Source of the DNA: Adineta vaga
Lineage: Eukaryota > Animalia > Rotifera
NCBI GenBank assembly: GCA_021613535.1
Contig: CP075495.1
Span: 12,958,001 to 13,022,000 of the forward strand
Direction: 5' to 3'
DNA: 64,000 nucleotides
This document shows positions 50,620-64,000 of the stretch, one piece after another. The notes below the pieces were generated by a model, which worked only from the letters and a program-made list of their open reading frames with translations, searched no databases and was not told the DNA's origin. The position numbers were made by a program, and so were the translations under genes. Position 1 is the stretch's first letter; every line of letters starts with the position of its first letter.

Positions 50620-53283
50620 GGCATATTACGACATGTATTTAGACTGACTAAATGTCAGCCAGGAGGTGAATTATTCATCCATATCATTGCATCTGATTGT
50701 CCATCTGACACTTGTTTTGATGAATTTCTATGAATATATGTATATTGCGATGGAGATTTCGTATCGTTATGTAAAATAGTCAAAAAGAAAACTCGATGCT
50801 GATAGAAACAAAATGAAGCAAAAAAAAGAAAGTGAAGAAGAAAAGAACAGACGAGCCGCAACGATGTATTACATACAACGTAGCAGATTTGTTATTTTTT
50901 ATTTTCAGTTTTGTTCATTTCCACATTATACTTCTGCTCCCTTTCTCTTTCTCTCCTCCTTTTTTTTCTCTTCTTTCTTTTCTTTGCGTGTGTCACGAGT
51001 CATCTAGCAAGAAGAAAAGATCTTATTTTTCCTTCGTCTTTTTCTTCTGATAATGATAATGGAGTAGATGGTGATGATGAGCCGTCTTCCTTTCTCTCAT
51101 CTTCACTTCTTACTGTTATTAGAATATGTCTTCCGTTTCTTATTTTATCGTTCTCTTTTAGTTACCGTGTCATCAATTTTGTTAAGCCGTTTTCTTTTCC
51201 TACAAAACATTAATAATTCATTGGACATGTTATGTTTCGCGATGATCCTTACATATAAATGGATCGCTCTCGACTAAATCCTTCTCCTACCTGAAAGATA
51301 ACATAAAGAAACATTCAGAGATTCTATTCACAGAAATTATTATGCCGGAATACATATTACTTAATTTTCTTCTTTTCGCTGGCAAATATTCAATACTTAT
51401 ATATGAAAACATAAAAGGCAGTAAAAAGAAAAGAGAATAAGAAGAACATAAGTATATGCAGTGCTCGAGCAAACCTATTCAAGTACAAACAAATGAATGG
51501 AAGAAAGAAAGAAAGAACTTTTTTTTTGAGAAAGTTCATCGAAATAACTTAATCATTCTTGATCAAAAAAAGACTGGGATAGAATAGTTTTTAAGTTGAT
51601 GTTCTTATTTTTTTGAAGAGAAAAATGGATGGCTATTATCATAAAGATAAATAGAATACTTTGTCATCATTATTTATAATCAATTGCTAGAAATACAATT
51701 AATGTATTCATATTCCACTTATTTAAAATAGAATATTCTTTGTTTTTAATAATTAATTAAATAGTTGTCGATAAATCAGTCGACAATTGGTAACATTCAT
51801 TTTTCCTCTTTCTTTTTTAATTAAAACCATGAGGATGTGGGATGGCACAAAGAACGACAAGTACATTTATAAGATGAACATAGCAAATCAATGACAGTAA
51901 TTCAAATGAAATATGACAGAACTTCTCAATATATCAAACTAAAAGAGATTCTATTAGAATACATTCAATGACATGAATTTATGTATCTATGCACACCGAA
52001 AAGTCATCTTGAACAACTGAAATAAGAATTTTTCATACTTGTTGTCACTTTGTGAGTAAATGACAAAATTAATTAGAAAACATAGATCCAGAGTGCGCTT
52101 TCTTAAAGGGCAAGATCAAATGAAAATGCAGATTATTTTCCTTGGAATAAAATGAGAGTTTCTCTTCTTTTCTTTTTTTGTGTGACTATTTTAAAGTTGT
52201 TATCATTACCACCAGCAAGCAAAATCAATCATTTGTTCCGTTTCTAATAATTTCTGTTGAATAGAGCGGAAATCAATAGGCGTTTGATAATATTCACTCA
52301 ATCAAGTTTTTAGTCTAGAGGAGAAAAATATTCAAGGGTAACAATTGAAACGAATGGGGGGATAGGAAAAAAAGCACAGTTCATAAAGAATTCCTTTCTT
52401 TTTTCTTCATCAATCAATTATTTAACATTGAACATCGGTATCGACGTTCAAAAAAGAATAAGCCTTTTTTCTTCTTCTTATTCGACTAAAACGATCATTG
52501 AACTATTCTCTAAGCAAAGAAATTTAAACGCTCTATTATGAACGATCTCAGGAGAATTCGAACGAACCAACAAGTAATTGACATATGATTAGATATAGCA
52601 AAGAAAGAGAATTAAATTCAATACAGAAAATTTGTAATCATATTTTGATTCTCAACATCTGTGTCAACTCCTCAAAGACTAATAATCACAGTCTGATTAA
52701 TCAGTTGACCTTGAGAGTATTACAAATATCTGATCCGATGTTTGTTTGTGTTTTTCCTATTTTATGGAAAATCAACATAGTTAAAAGTTAGTTTTCTTAT
52801 TTTCTAGAAATAGAAATAATATTCAATCTTATTAGAAAAAATGAAAATATATTTAATAATTTATATATTGAATATCAAATATGACATATAATCATTCAGA
52901 ATCAATTTAATCTAGTCGAAATGATATGATCTTTACTTCCTTTTTCTCTATATATTAATTATAATCTATTCTGAATGAATAAAAAGAATGCTTCTCATAT
53001 AGAATAAATTGATTATAAGAGAATGTTGATCATAGTTTTGAAAAAGTTGATGAAAGCAAATAATTTATGATTATGTTAAAGAACTAAATATGGATTATAA
53101 CAAAAGAAAAAGTAAATATTAGAATTGCTGCATAACCAACCAAGAAAAGAAAACGAAATATGTAACATCAAAACATATTTAAGCGTAGAGCGAGAGAAAA
53201 GGAATGTAATAGAACATTATCTGTAATAAAATAATAACGAAAGAAATAATATGCTCGAGAGAAAAGAATTGATCACAGAAATG

Positions 53284-56166
53284 TTAATTATTATTGTTTT
53301 GTTCATTTTTATCGTCAGTGGAATGTTTGATTTCATCATTTGTTGATGAAGATATAGTAGTATGAGTTTGATCATCATTATGTGTTGGAGCATGTGGTGA
53401 TTGTTTATTAATTTGCATTCGATAAGCATAAGTATTTTCAGTAGATTCAACACGACCAGAATTCAAATCAAATGATCGACCTTTTGTTGCGAGTGGTGAT
53501 GCAGTTGGTGATGGACTCCACCAAGACATTATATCTAAATATGGAGAAAAGAAAATAGAAATGTATTATCATGAGAATCACAGAAGATCTTACTTGAAAT
53601 TACGGGTAATTGTCGCAAAAGACCTTCTTGTGCAAGTATTTGTTGATTTTCATTTTGTAAATCATTTTGAACTTGTTCAATACCTTGTTTTATTTTTTCG
53701 GCCATATCTTCGACATATTTCAATGCAATTTCAGTTTCTTTACCACCATCAGCTATTTTCTGTAATAATACATCAAGATCATCACGTTTTCGAATCATTC
53801 CTAAACGTAAATAAAACATGGTATCTTGATCATTACTACTGCCACCACCTAATGAAAATGCTGAATCATTTGTTTGTAATTTTCGAGCTAATTCAGCTTG
53901 AATTGTATTGATTTCATTTGAAGATACTTCATCTTTTTCATGACTAGGAATATAACGAACTGCTCCAATACCAGCCCAATGTGGCATTGGAATCGATACA
54001 AGATTTTCATATTTTTTTACAATTGTTACTAGACGTGCACGTGCAGTCATTGTTGCAAGAAGTATATCAGTATAACGTTGAAGATCATCGAGAAACGTTT
54101 CCATATCATGTTCATCGATATCATCAAGTGAATGTTCTAATGGAGAAAAACAAATACCATGTGCTGCTGTTTGATGTGATGAATTTTCTGTTGAATTAAT
54201 CATTTTAAATTGAACACGTTCTTGTATATCTAAATTCATTTTCGGATATTGTTGACAAAGTTTGTCGAATAACCAAAGATTGAGAAGATCAACATAATCA
54301 TAAAGACCATCCAAAGATTCAATCTAAATTGCAAAAAAACAATACTTAAGTCTCTTCTTTTTCGTCCTAATAGACATCATCTCATTATTCTAGTCTATTT
54401 TCGAACAATTGTGTCACAATGTACAAACAGTATTTTGATTAAAAAAAATGACAGAGATAAGAATAACATTGCATGCATACAAAATGAAATTTATCATTCT
54501 TTTGAGTATATCAAGAATTCAAATATGAAAATGTGCAAGAACGTAGAATCGCAATTTCTTTCAAATGTATTATGTCTCTAATGGTTATAGTTCACAATAA
54601 CCTGAAAAAGACGTCTCAAATTTCAGATTATAGATATTTATTATAGATTATTGCATTCAGAAATATGACTTTCATATTTGATCGTTTCTATTTTAAACAA
54701 ATCTAAGTTGTAGACTTACTTCTGGTATATCTCTTGTTTCAAAACGGAAAATAACGGCAGATTTTAGTAATAAATCATCTGGCGCATCACCTTCACAAAT
54801 ACGTTTATAATTTAAAAGTCCTTGATTATCATCATCATTAAGAATGCTATGGATTTCATGTGTTTTAGACGTTTTAATAATAAATTCAATAGATCAAAGG
54901 AATGTTTCATATGATAAAGTACATTCGCTTTTGAACATCGTTGACTTATTGACCAAATACTTAGAAAACCAATTGATGGACTACGTAGAATATGTTCATA
55001 AAATAGTGGAATTATTAATGAATTATTATCATTTGTTGTAGTTGAAGAAGAAGAAGCAGATGATGTTCGGTTTGTACTTATTGTTGATGAATCATCATTT
55101 TTGATTTGTTCATTGTGTACAGAATTGAATTCGATTTGTCTATTACTTGTCATTGATACAATCGGTCGAATAAAAAATGTTAAATACGGTAAATTTTGAA
55201 TTCCAAATAATTTTGATGTATCGATAGTTAAACTATCGCAACTAATATTCACATTATCTTTTACATTTGATACTAAGGCTAATGAACATAAGAGATCACC
55301 AATAACATGAAGCCAAAGATTATTTTGATGGGAAAATTCTTTCAATTTGGTTAATTCATCACAACGACCATAGTCATTCGTACCTAAACAATGATCACAT
55401 TCTCAAAACACGTTTCATTTATTTGATTCAATAAATCTTACCGGCATTTGCAATAATCATCAATGGATAAGAATTTATATCATTGAGATCTCTTCGAACT
55501 AATTCCTTAAGCTGATCAACATCGATAATATCTTCAAATAGAATATCTTTTCGAACATGTTCAAATCTAATATTCGATATCGATGTTAACAACTCATTTT
55601 TGAGATCTATATTAAAATTTGCTGGAACATATACAACTGCTTTTCGTCCGGCCATTTCATTATTCGAATTCGCTTGTTTTAATACATAACGTATGATTTG
55701 TGAAAACGTTTCTGAATAAAGTGTCGAATAAATCACTGTATGACATGAAATATGTAATAAATCTCGACACCAATCGACAATTTCATTTTGATATTTTGGT
55801 AGAACAGATAATTTTGTATCATAAGGAAGTATATCGAAAAACGCAGAAATCTAAATGAAATAATGAAAGAAAAAAAAGGATGAATTTGATTTGAATACTT
55901 ACCATTGATACATCACCAACACATTGTAAATATTTATTCCAGACACTATGAGCACATTCTCGAGCTTCTTCATCTTCTTGTAAAAAGGATAAACAATAAG
56001 ACATAAAATCATTTTTTATTCGATCATTTAATTCAACGAGATGAGTTGAATGATCATCGATTTCTTCTTCTTCATCATCTTCATCCTCATTATCAACAAT
56101 ACGAGGATTATCTAAAGATTTTGTTCGAACTTGTAAATCTGTTATTCCGTTGACTTTTTGTTCCAT
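53284..56166 (-). CDS. PDXDC1: PDXDC1 pyridoxal-dependent decarboxylase domain-containing protein 1; multi-exon; apparent frameshift at about 54845
   Basis: YPLMIIANAG, CDEL...LWLHVIG, HWAGIGAVRY, YVEDMAEKIKQGIE, QEGLLRQLPV..SWWSP, KGRSFDLNSGRVESTENTYAYRMQ. Confidence 0.85.
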
Positions 56167-57758
56167 CTTTTTTTTCAATCTATAACGAAAAAAACCTATG
56201 ATCATATCATAATCCTTCTATAGGAAAAAAAGAAGAAAAAAAACTTCGATTGTATATAATCAGTTGAATGTTATGCATATGTTTTCAACGAGTTACCTTA
56301 ATATGTATATGATGAATGCCAATCATATTGCATATAACCATGCATGTTCGGTCTCATTTTCTTTTTTCTTTCTATTTCTCGTCGTTCGGTTTTTTATTTC
56401 TATTTTGTTAGCAAGTAGGATGTAAGGACGTGGCAGTCTAAAGAAAAATAAAAAAAAGAAACAGACGCATGGTATGTTTGTCTCGCTTCGCCTTATGATT
56501 GGTAGAATAAAAGTAAAACAAAATTTACGTCATCATCGTCTTCTATTGAACATTCGAGAGAAAATCAGACCAGTCTTTTTCAGAGTAATCGAACGATCGA
56601 AAGTATGAGAATTATGAAAACGAATTTCGAATGTCAAAAATGGAGAAAAAGTCGAAGAAGAAGAATATAGTCTACTACTCATGTAGAAAGTCTTAAATCA
56701 ATAAAATATTCGCCTCAAACAAAGCAGATGAACAATAACTCATTGAGATAATAAATAAGAAGTGTCATTAATAATGTAGACAAATGAATAGTAGAGAAAT
56801 TTCTTCGATAAAAGTGAATATAGTGGACTTCTATCAGAAATATTAATGAAAGAAATTCAAAACATATATGCTTAGTTACATAGAAATATGCAAAGTATTT
56901 CAATTTTTCTCTCATTATTTTAGACTAGAAAACAATGCACATATGCTTAATATTATACACTCGTTTCCGTTCTATTATAGACAAATGTCTACGATGAATG
57001 TATTTGACGTTTTTATAGATACTTAAACTTACTTCTTCTTCTTCTCTGTCAGTTTTATTGTTGTCAATATGTTGTATGAATGATACCAATCGGATTCTTG
57101 CAAGCATACTCTGTGCATTTAGAACTTCAACAGATGTCATCCATTGTTATTATTTGTTTCGAGTGAAAAAAAGTCATCTTATCATTTTATCATCGAAGAA
57201 TTGAAGACAGAATCTTTTTTCTCTCTCGGCATAGACATAACGAAGAAATATTCTGACATTTTCATGTCATTATGATCTGCCGTGGTCAAAATTACAGATC
57301 TGTATGAAAATGGATTCGAAAATCGACTTTAGTACGTATTTCTTTCGGCCAAGAGTTAGAATAAATGAAGAGTGTATAGTGATTTCCAATCATTCTCATC
57401 ATTCAGAATCTCACTGATTGAGTTGCACAGATCTAATTTATCTTTATCACAGATGAAGTCCGCTTCTATCATTTCGATTATGAATTCTGTTCTTGTGTTT
57501 ATTTTAAAAATATAAAATAAACGTCTTGTATGCTTTAAAGCATGTCTAAAATTGGATATTTCACAATACATCAGAAGTATGTCGTCATTCGATGTGTCAT
57601 CGAAACTAAAATGTATAAAAGATGAATAATGACGACATGGTGTTTCGTTGCAATATAATGTTTTTTCCTAAAGTTACTCGGCAGACATCAACAAAAGAGA
57701 CAACTTACTTTCTATTTGAATTTAACCTCGTTTAAAACTTATTACAAACAACCAAAAA

Positions 57759-58468
57759 ATGAACGATGAATGGAGTCGATGTCCAATTTGTTTCGAGGAT
57801 TATTCACGAGAGCACAGACCAACAACATTTACTTGTGGTCATTCAACATGCATTGATCACACAATAGGTACTCGACGTTTACAAAATTGTATGTAATTAT
57901 ATCTTTCTATTATAATTTATATATGATACTTTGTACAAAGGTCCTATTTGTCGACAGCCATTAGGATATAGCAGAGAATATCATATATCATATAATCTCG
58001 AAGAAGCTTCACGTTTTCTTCAAACGATTAAAAATGCTATTGATTGGTCAAAAATTGAACTTCCTTCTGGAACAGCTATTGATGATAATGAGCGTAATAA
58101 TTTAGAAATGATTCATCGTGATGAAGTCTATGCTCGTCGATTACAAGCAGAACTTAATCGAAGACAAACTAGAACAGTAAATCAAAATGCACAAGCAAAT
58201 GAAGCAAGAGTCAGACCAAATGAACCTGTTGGTTACGCAAAACAATGTGGTCACCGATGTGATCTTCTTTCGACCACACGATGCTGTACATGTTCAGGTA
58301 AAAACATTGTCTGCAAAGAAAAGATTCTTTTTCTTTCAATTTATATTTTCAACAGATCATCGACCCCCTAGACAAAATAATACGTATCAAACCTATGTTG
58401 ATGGTCAAGGAATTGTAAATAGTGCGGCGCGTAATCAATTTTACTGTTCGACTTGTAAACAACAATGA
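57759..58468 (+). CDS. RING-finger protein with an MIU-like motif and a C-terminal Cys/His cluster; 3 exons
   Basis: CPICFEDY...TCGHSTCIDH...CPICR; DEVYARRLQAELN; CGHRC...CCTCSDHRP...YCSTCK. Confidence 0.8.
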
Positions 58469-58882
58469 TACGATTATTGATAGTTCGATCAAAAATAGTT
58501 TTCTACATTTTGTGATAAGAAAGTTCTGATAGTTTCGTGTTTATACACAATAATTTTTTAAAGATGTCGAACAAATACAAGTTTATATATACTATAAAGA
58601 AAGTCGATAGAAATCTATGCAAGATCATCACTAATTCCAGCAGAAATTTTCTTGATGATAATATCGTTGATGTGTTTCGTTTGAAAAAAATTATTTCAAA
58701 TTAAAAAAAGTCATTTAAAAAAAAAGCTAATTTGGTTATGTTTGTTTCATAAAAATAGACGAAATGATAAATAAGAAATAAAGAAGTCCTTATGTTCTAT
58801 ATAGATACAATGAGATCGGTTCTTTTTCTTAGGAAGGATCTGTTTATGTCTGTCATTGAAGATTGTGTTTGTTGAGATTTGT

Positions 58883-60987
58883 CTAAGTATATTTTGTGAA
58901 GGATGACGATTGATTCATGTTATTACCACCATTTTGTCCAAGGCCATTTCGTAAAGCATATTGATTTTTATATGATGAACGGTATGTTGTTGTATATGCA
59001 CCTGAAAAGAAAGCACATTTATTTGAATGGGAGTGAAGATTTTTCGTTAAAATCATGCAAGAAAAATCAATTACCTGGATAATTATTTGTTGTTGAACGA
59101 TTTTGTTGTGTTGGTTCAGTTGTACTAAATTGTGGTTGAACTACTTGTGTTTGTTGTTGATATTGATTCGAATCATACATATTTGATGATGATAATGAAT
59201 TTGTGGATGAACGACGATTTGTTAAATATTTCGAATAATTCACTGGAAGATCAGTGATTTTATCAACAATACGTATTTCACTGAAAAAAACAAAAGAAGC
59301 AATGAAATATTGAAAACATCTTTTGATATACATCATACCCGATTGTACTTGTAGCGTTAGTGAATGAGGATCAGCACGAAAAACACCTTCATCAATGATA
59401 ACTTGTTCATGATGTGCTCTTGGTTGTTCATATTCGATAATCAAATTTTTCGCTGATCTATTCCTATAATTGATTTATGTTGACGAAAACATTGATTATC
59501 GAATGAAAGATAAAACTTACATTTCAACAGGTGGTGCTCGTTCGACAATAACTGGTCGTTCCTTTGTTTCTTCATAAGGTAACCATTTTTCGTAGATAAC
59601 TTGTCGTGGTTTGGGCGGTGGAGCTGGAAGACGTTCGACAATAACTTGACGAGGTGGGGCTGGTGGTGCTGGTAAAATTTTTTCAATAATTTGCGGTTGT
59701 TGTTGTACCGGTGGAGTTGGTGGACGTTCACCTAACCACCCAAGAAAAACAATAGAATACAAGAAATACGCAATAATCCTACGAATAATGAGAGGAGGAG
59801 GTGTTGGTGGTGTTGGTGGACGTTGTCGAATAACCAATGGTGGTGGTGCGGGTGGAGCAGGTGCTTGTCGTTCCTTTAATTGATATCAATGAAAATGAAA
59901 ATGAGACAAAAAAGAAGAATTTCCATATACTTTGATAATGATAGGTGCTGGTTCAGGACCTGGTGGTGGTTCTAAAAAGCGCACGTTGACCTGTTGTTTA
60001 TAATGAATATTTTGATCAGTTGGTTTAACAACACGTAACGGTTCATTATCCGATTGAACATTTAAATTCTCCAATCGACCCTCTGGTGCAATAACTGCAT
60101 GGAATAATGAAAAGGAATCGAATTACAAACATTGAAATCTAGAAATTAAGTTGTCTTTACCTTCATGTGTTCGATATTCCGAACGTTGATATTGATGACT
60201 TGGACCAGCACGAGCAAGTATTTCATTGCCAAAACGTTCATCATGAAAAACATTGCCTGTTGCACGCAATGTTGATGTATCAACATTTGCTCCATAGTTT
60301 TGCGAATTTTGTTGTGATGTAACATAACGAGTTTGTTGTTGAAAATTATTATTACCACTAGAAATGCACATGTTAGGAAAAGAAATTTAATCAGCAAAGA
60401 AGAAATAAGCTACAGAGATGCTTCTAACAAACCCGTTAAGAAGATTAGTATTATTATTAATTGCTTTTCTTTTCTTTCTTTTTTAATTTACCCTCGTGGT
60501 GAAGTACATTGACAACAGCTAAATCAGAATAAAAGATATAGAAAATGTACTCAGAACTGTCTCAACCGAGAAAAAAGAAGAAATAGAATGTTTAGTAAAA
60601 GTAATTAGCGTAAGAAAAAGAAAAATAAGGATTTGATATTTAACACACATGCTTACTTTGGTGGTACGTAGCCGGTTGGACTATAGAATTGGAAAATATT
60701 AGAATAAAAATCTTTGAATAGAAAGATGATGAAAAGGACTAATGATCAAGTATTATTTCTATAAGAGTATAAAACTATATTTGCGTTCTATTCGTATTGA
60801 TTTAAAACTATTAAATTTTCTGTCGCTGTCCTTCTCTTTCATGTTATTCGATCTTATTTTATGAAACCGTACATATTCATTAGACACTAGTAGAAATAAC
60901 TTACCCACGTGGTGTATTCAAATTGGAACGATATTTATCGAGAAATGAATTATAACCATTATTATCTTGTCTGGCTGATGCGGCCAT
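58883..60987 (-). CDS. Proline-rich repeat protein (IIIKER/LVIRQRPP/QVIVERLP repeats); about 9 exons including two microexons
   Basis: Spliced ORF MAASARQDNG...YKQQVNVRFLEPPP...IIIK|ERQAPAPPAPPPLVIRQRPPTPP...RQVIVERLPAPPPKPRQVIYEKWLPY...KNLIIEYEQP; stop TAG 58883-58885. Confidence 0.8.
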
Positions 60988-62342
60988 TGCTTATTTTGAT
61001 AATCTGAAACAGTAAACATTTTCATTTATTAAAATTAATTTCTATCAATGAAAAACAATATTGCTCTTTTCAATAAAAATCTAGTAAAATGATTTGAATT
61101 GAGAGAGTGCATGAGGCTATTATTACTCTCAATCTATCGGTAGTGATGTTAGAAATATTATAGTTGGTTGCTATTCAACGAAAGCATCCTTTTAACCAAT
61201 ACGAAGTTAACTAGTAACTTGCCACTCCCTGCATATTTCATGCTCTGCATCTATTGTTGTTGCCAAGTGATCAAAGAAGAAAAAAATTGAGAGAAATAAT
61301 CAAATCTTATATTTTTTTCTACCGTTGAGTGTCATTGCTTTCTTTTTTTATTCTCTTTCTCTAACTTATTAACAAAACGTTCTTTTCACAGTCTTTGAAA
61401 CTGTTAAGTATATTTTCTCGAAGGAAAGAGAGAAAAACACGTCTGCCATCAGTTTCTATTGTATGTCACACACGACAACATGAAAGCAACGAAATTGTTC
61501 ACTGTAAATGACAACATCAACAAAAAAACAAAATTATTAAAATAACAAACAGAAAAATGATGTTTCTTAGTAACTAAACATAATAATATAGTTAGAAGCA
61601 TGTACAAATGTTTTCGAAGAGAAAATTAATATCTGGATATAGAATGGTTATTTATTTATCTTAAAATAATATTCAAGTTTACTTTGATTAACACAATGGT
61701 TTTCAATCGTATAAAGTAGAAAAATGAATATAAGTTAATTTAATTTCTTCAATTTCTACAAGTCTCTTCGAAAAAAAGATGTTATTTTATCTGAATAACA
61801 ATATCCTATAATGACATTTATAAGACTTCTAGAAAAACAAACTTCATTGATTATATTTTTCATGATTTGAAAAAATAACCATCGTAGTAAGTTCTCTTTT
61901 CTGCTATTCATCTCAGACAACAATATATCGATATGTAGATGTTAATGTTCAATCACTTTTTTTCTTCGGAATCATTCGTTGTCATAGGAAACAGTATATA
62001 TATATCAATATGTTAGTAACCAGAATATAAGAAAATGAATTGAAATAATCGAAGCACTCTTCAATCAATTAACTGGAAGATCTTCAAAATAATACATCGA
62101 AGTTTCATAGTAATTGAAAACAACGTTTCAAACATGTATACAAAACGTTTTTGTATTCCATTGACATTTTTTGTTCATATTATAATTCGATTTATTGTCT
62201 AATACATTAAATACTTAAAATTTGAACAGAAAAAAGAAAGAAATGAAGAATGAATGAACAAATAATTAGATAGAATAGGGACAATGTATGTATGTATATA
62301 TATATATATATATGTATACACGAAGAAAGTTCAGAAACATCT

Positions 62343-64000
62343 TTAGATTTTCGATTGACCAATTAGGAGCATCAATGCTAATGCTAATCCAAAAGCGATT
62401 ATTACATGTAGTAAAAGAAAGATTGCTTTAATTCGATCTTTGATAGTATTTTCTTCTGGTTCAATCTTTGTCGTATCAGTTCCATTTCGATCATGCATTG
62501 CAATTGTATTTGTTTTTGTCATTTTTAATGCTGTTTTTTCGAAATAAACTTCAATCATTTCAAAAATTACAAATATGACTGGTAACCAACATGACCAGGC
62601 TGCAACAATTGCCCATTCTTTGTTTGTTCGAAAATCAAAATATCCAAAAAACATTGCTAAGAATATGGCAGCAATGGAAAGTATAAAAGCACTGAAACCA
62701 ACAGTTGCATGAGCATAATTAAATATAAAACGATAACGATCATCAGGATTACATCGAAATAATGCCATAAATGGTTGAATAATTGCAAAACATATAACTA
62801 AAATTCCGATGATAGAATGAGCAAATTCACGTCGATTATCTCGTGAAACCCATTGACCTTTTTTATAGACAAGAATGAGAACGAAAGCAATTAAGGTTAA
62901 TATGGCAACACTTGTCATGATAGTACGATGAATAGCAAACCATACTGCTTTACCACATATTTTTCGATCACTCCATGCCTTTTTGAAGTAACGTGCAATA
63001 AGAATACCAGTTGAAACAAGAACTATCCAAGTAAAAATCATAATAATACCATGAGCTTTCATAAGACCGACAGAGTTCGATGTGTTCGGTTGAGCATTTA
63101 CAGTAATTGTTTCTGCACGATTTAATACAACCGTTTGCGAAAGTGCTTCACGAAATGAATGTCTAATCAATAAATCTATTGAACAGAATAATAAGGAAGT
63201 ACATATATATATATATCGAAAGTTCAAAGACTTACTGGAGCCATCCAGATTTCCAATTGCTATCAATGGATAGTAGTTAGTCGTTTGAGAAAGAGCAGGA
63301 AATGTAATCTGACGAGACTGACGTGTTGTATTCGCAAAGTTAGATAGAGTAAAATCACAATGAATAACGCCATCATCTAGTCTTTCTCGAGTTGCGCTGA
63401 AAATACCACCCAAATCTGAAGTTGAATCAGGCAATTCTGGTCGGTTGTATTCACCTGGATTAATGAAACGTTGAAGAGATATTGTTTCATCAGCCAGACG
63501 TCGACATATGAAAACATGATCCTCTCCCTATACAAAAAAGCATTATGCATAAACGTTGTTTTGTGCGAAAAACTTAGTTGATACCATTTTACGATCACCT
63601 GAAAGTCCAATTGCTAGCCATTGTGATGCTTTTAGATTATTTATTCTCATATTTACAGTTGTAATACCTGCTATATATGTCCAAGTAATATTCACTGCTA
63701 CATCACTCGATTGTGGTGTACTAGTGGTGGAACCAGTACTTGGTGTAGTTATCTATCAAGAATAAAATACATATACTTTTATTGTTTCTTTCCTCATGGA
63801 AATAACTATGGTCGATCAATGTTAGAGAAGTAGAAACATTTCTGAAAGAAGATGTAACAGCTCATACAAATCATTTTAATAGTTAAAATACGGTGTGCTA
63901 TCTAGACATATCTTTCATGTAAAACTTACCATCGATGGATCAATCTGGATTGCTTCTGCTTGATTTAACATAACAGTTTGAGGAAGTGCCTGGCGAAATG
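62343..64000 (-). CDS. FRRS1-like ferric-chelate reductase (DOMON plus cytochrome b561); 5' end lies outside the window
   Basis: DOMON WLAIGLSGDRKM...VFIC; b561 KAHGIIMIFTW, GILIARY, WFAIHR, HSIIG, IQPFMALFRC, FNYAHATVG (four heme His). Confidence 0.88.

Noticed and set aside
2552-56166. Calling GTPBP3, the RTK, WLS, VPS51 and PDXDC1 pseudogenes or programmed-frameshift genes
   Set aside because: Each has only one or two isolated indels, no other decay and no shared slippery motif; sequencing or consensus error is more parsimonious.
1-64000. CRISPR arrays, rRNA/tRNA genes, autonomous transposons, prokaryotic operons
   Set aside because: No repeat-spacer arrays, RNA-gene signatures, or transposase/RT motifs seen by eye; the genes are intron-containing and eukaryotic. 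Small ncRNAs cannot be excluded without a covariance-model search.

Overview
AT-rich, gene-dense eukaryotic DNA with many short (about 50-70 nt) GT-AG introns. Composition, intron size and gene content suggest a bdelloid rotifer-like invertebrate (inference). About 18 spliced protein-coding genes: RNF217-like RBR ligase, GTPBP3/MnmE, SCO1, GLD-2-like nucleotidyltransferase, Ig-domain receptor tyrosine kinase, Wntless, GPR155/LYCHOS, an NCS-family EF-hand protein, two orphans, METTL9, VPS51, a Cys-less pLGIC, a GlyR/GluCl-like chloride channel, PDXDC1, a RING protein, a Pro-rich repeat protein and a FRRS1-like DOMON/cytochrome b561 protein. Top finding: the GlyR/GluCl-like gene carries two paralogous 192-nt versions of the loop C-M1-M2 segment. 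One is a single intronless exon (44711-44902); the other is three exons of 60+71+61 nt (43998-44319). Their splice phases match, so this looks like a mutually exclusive, splice-swappable channel pore that changes the 2' and 9' gate residues and the loop C aromatic. The same gene also has two alternative signal-peptide starts. Other observations: a long-TIR element that supplies the RNF217 stop codon, operon-like clusters with trans-splice-type acceptors, an inverted MITE pair, and six small frameshifts that are probably assembly errors. All exon models and alignments were read by eye.
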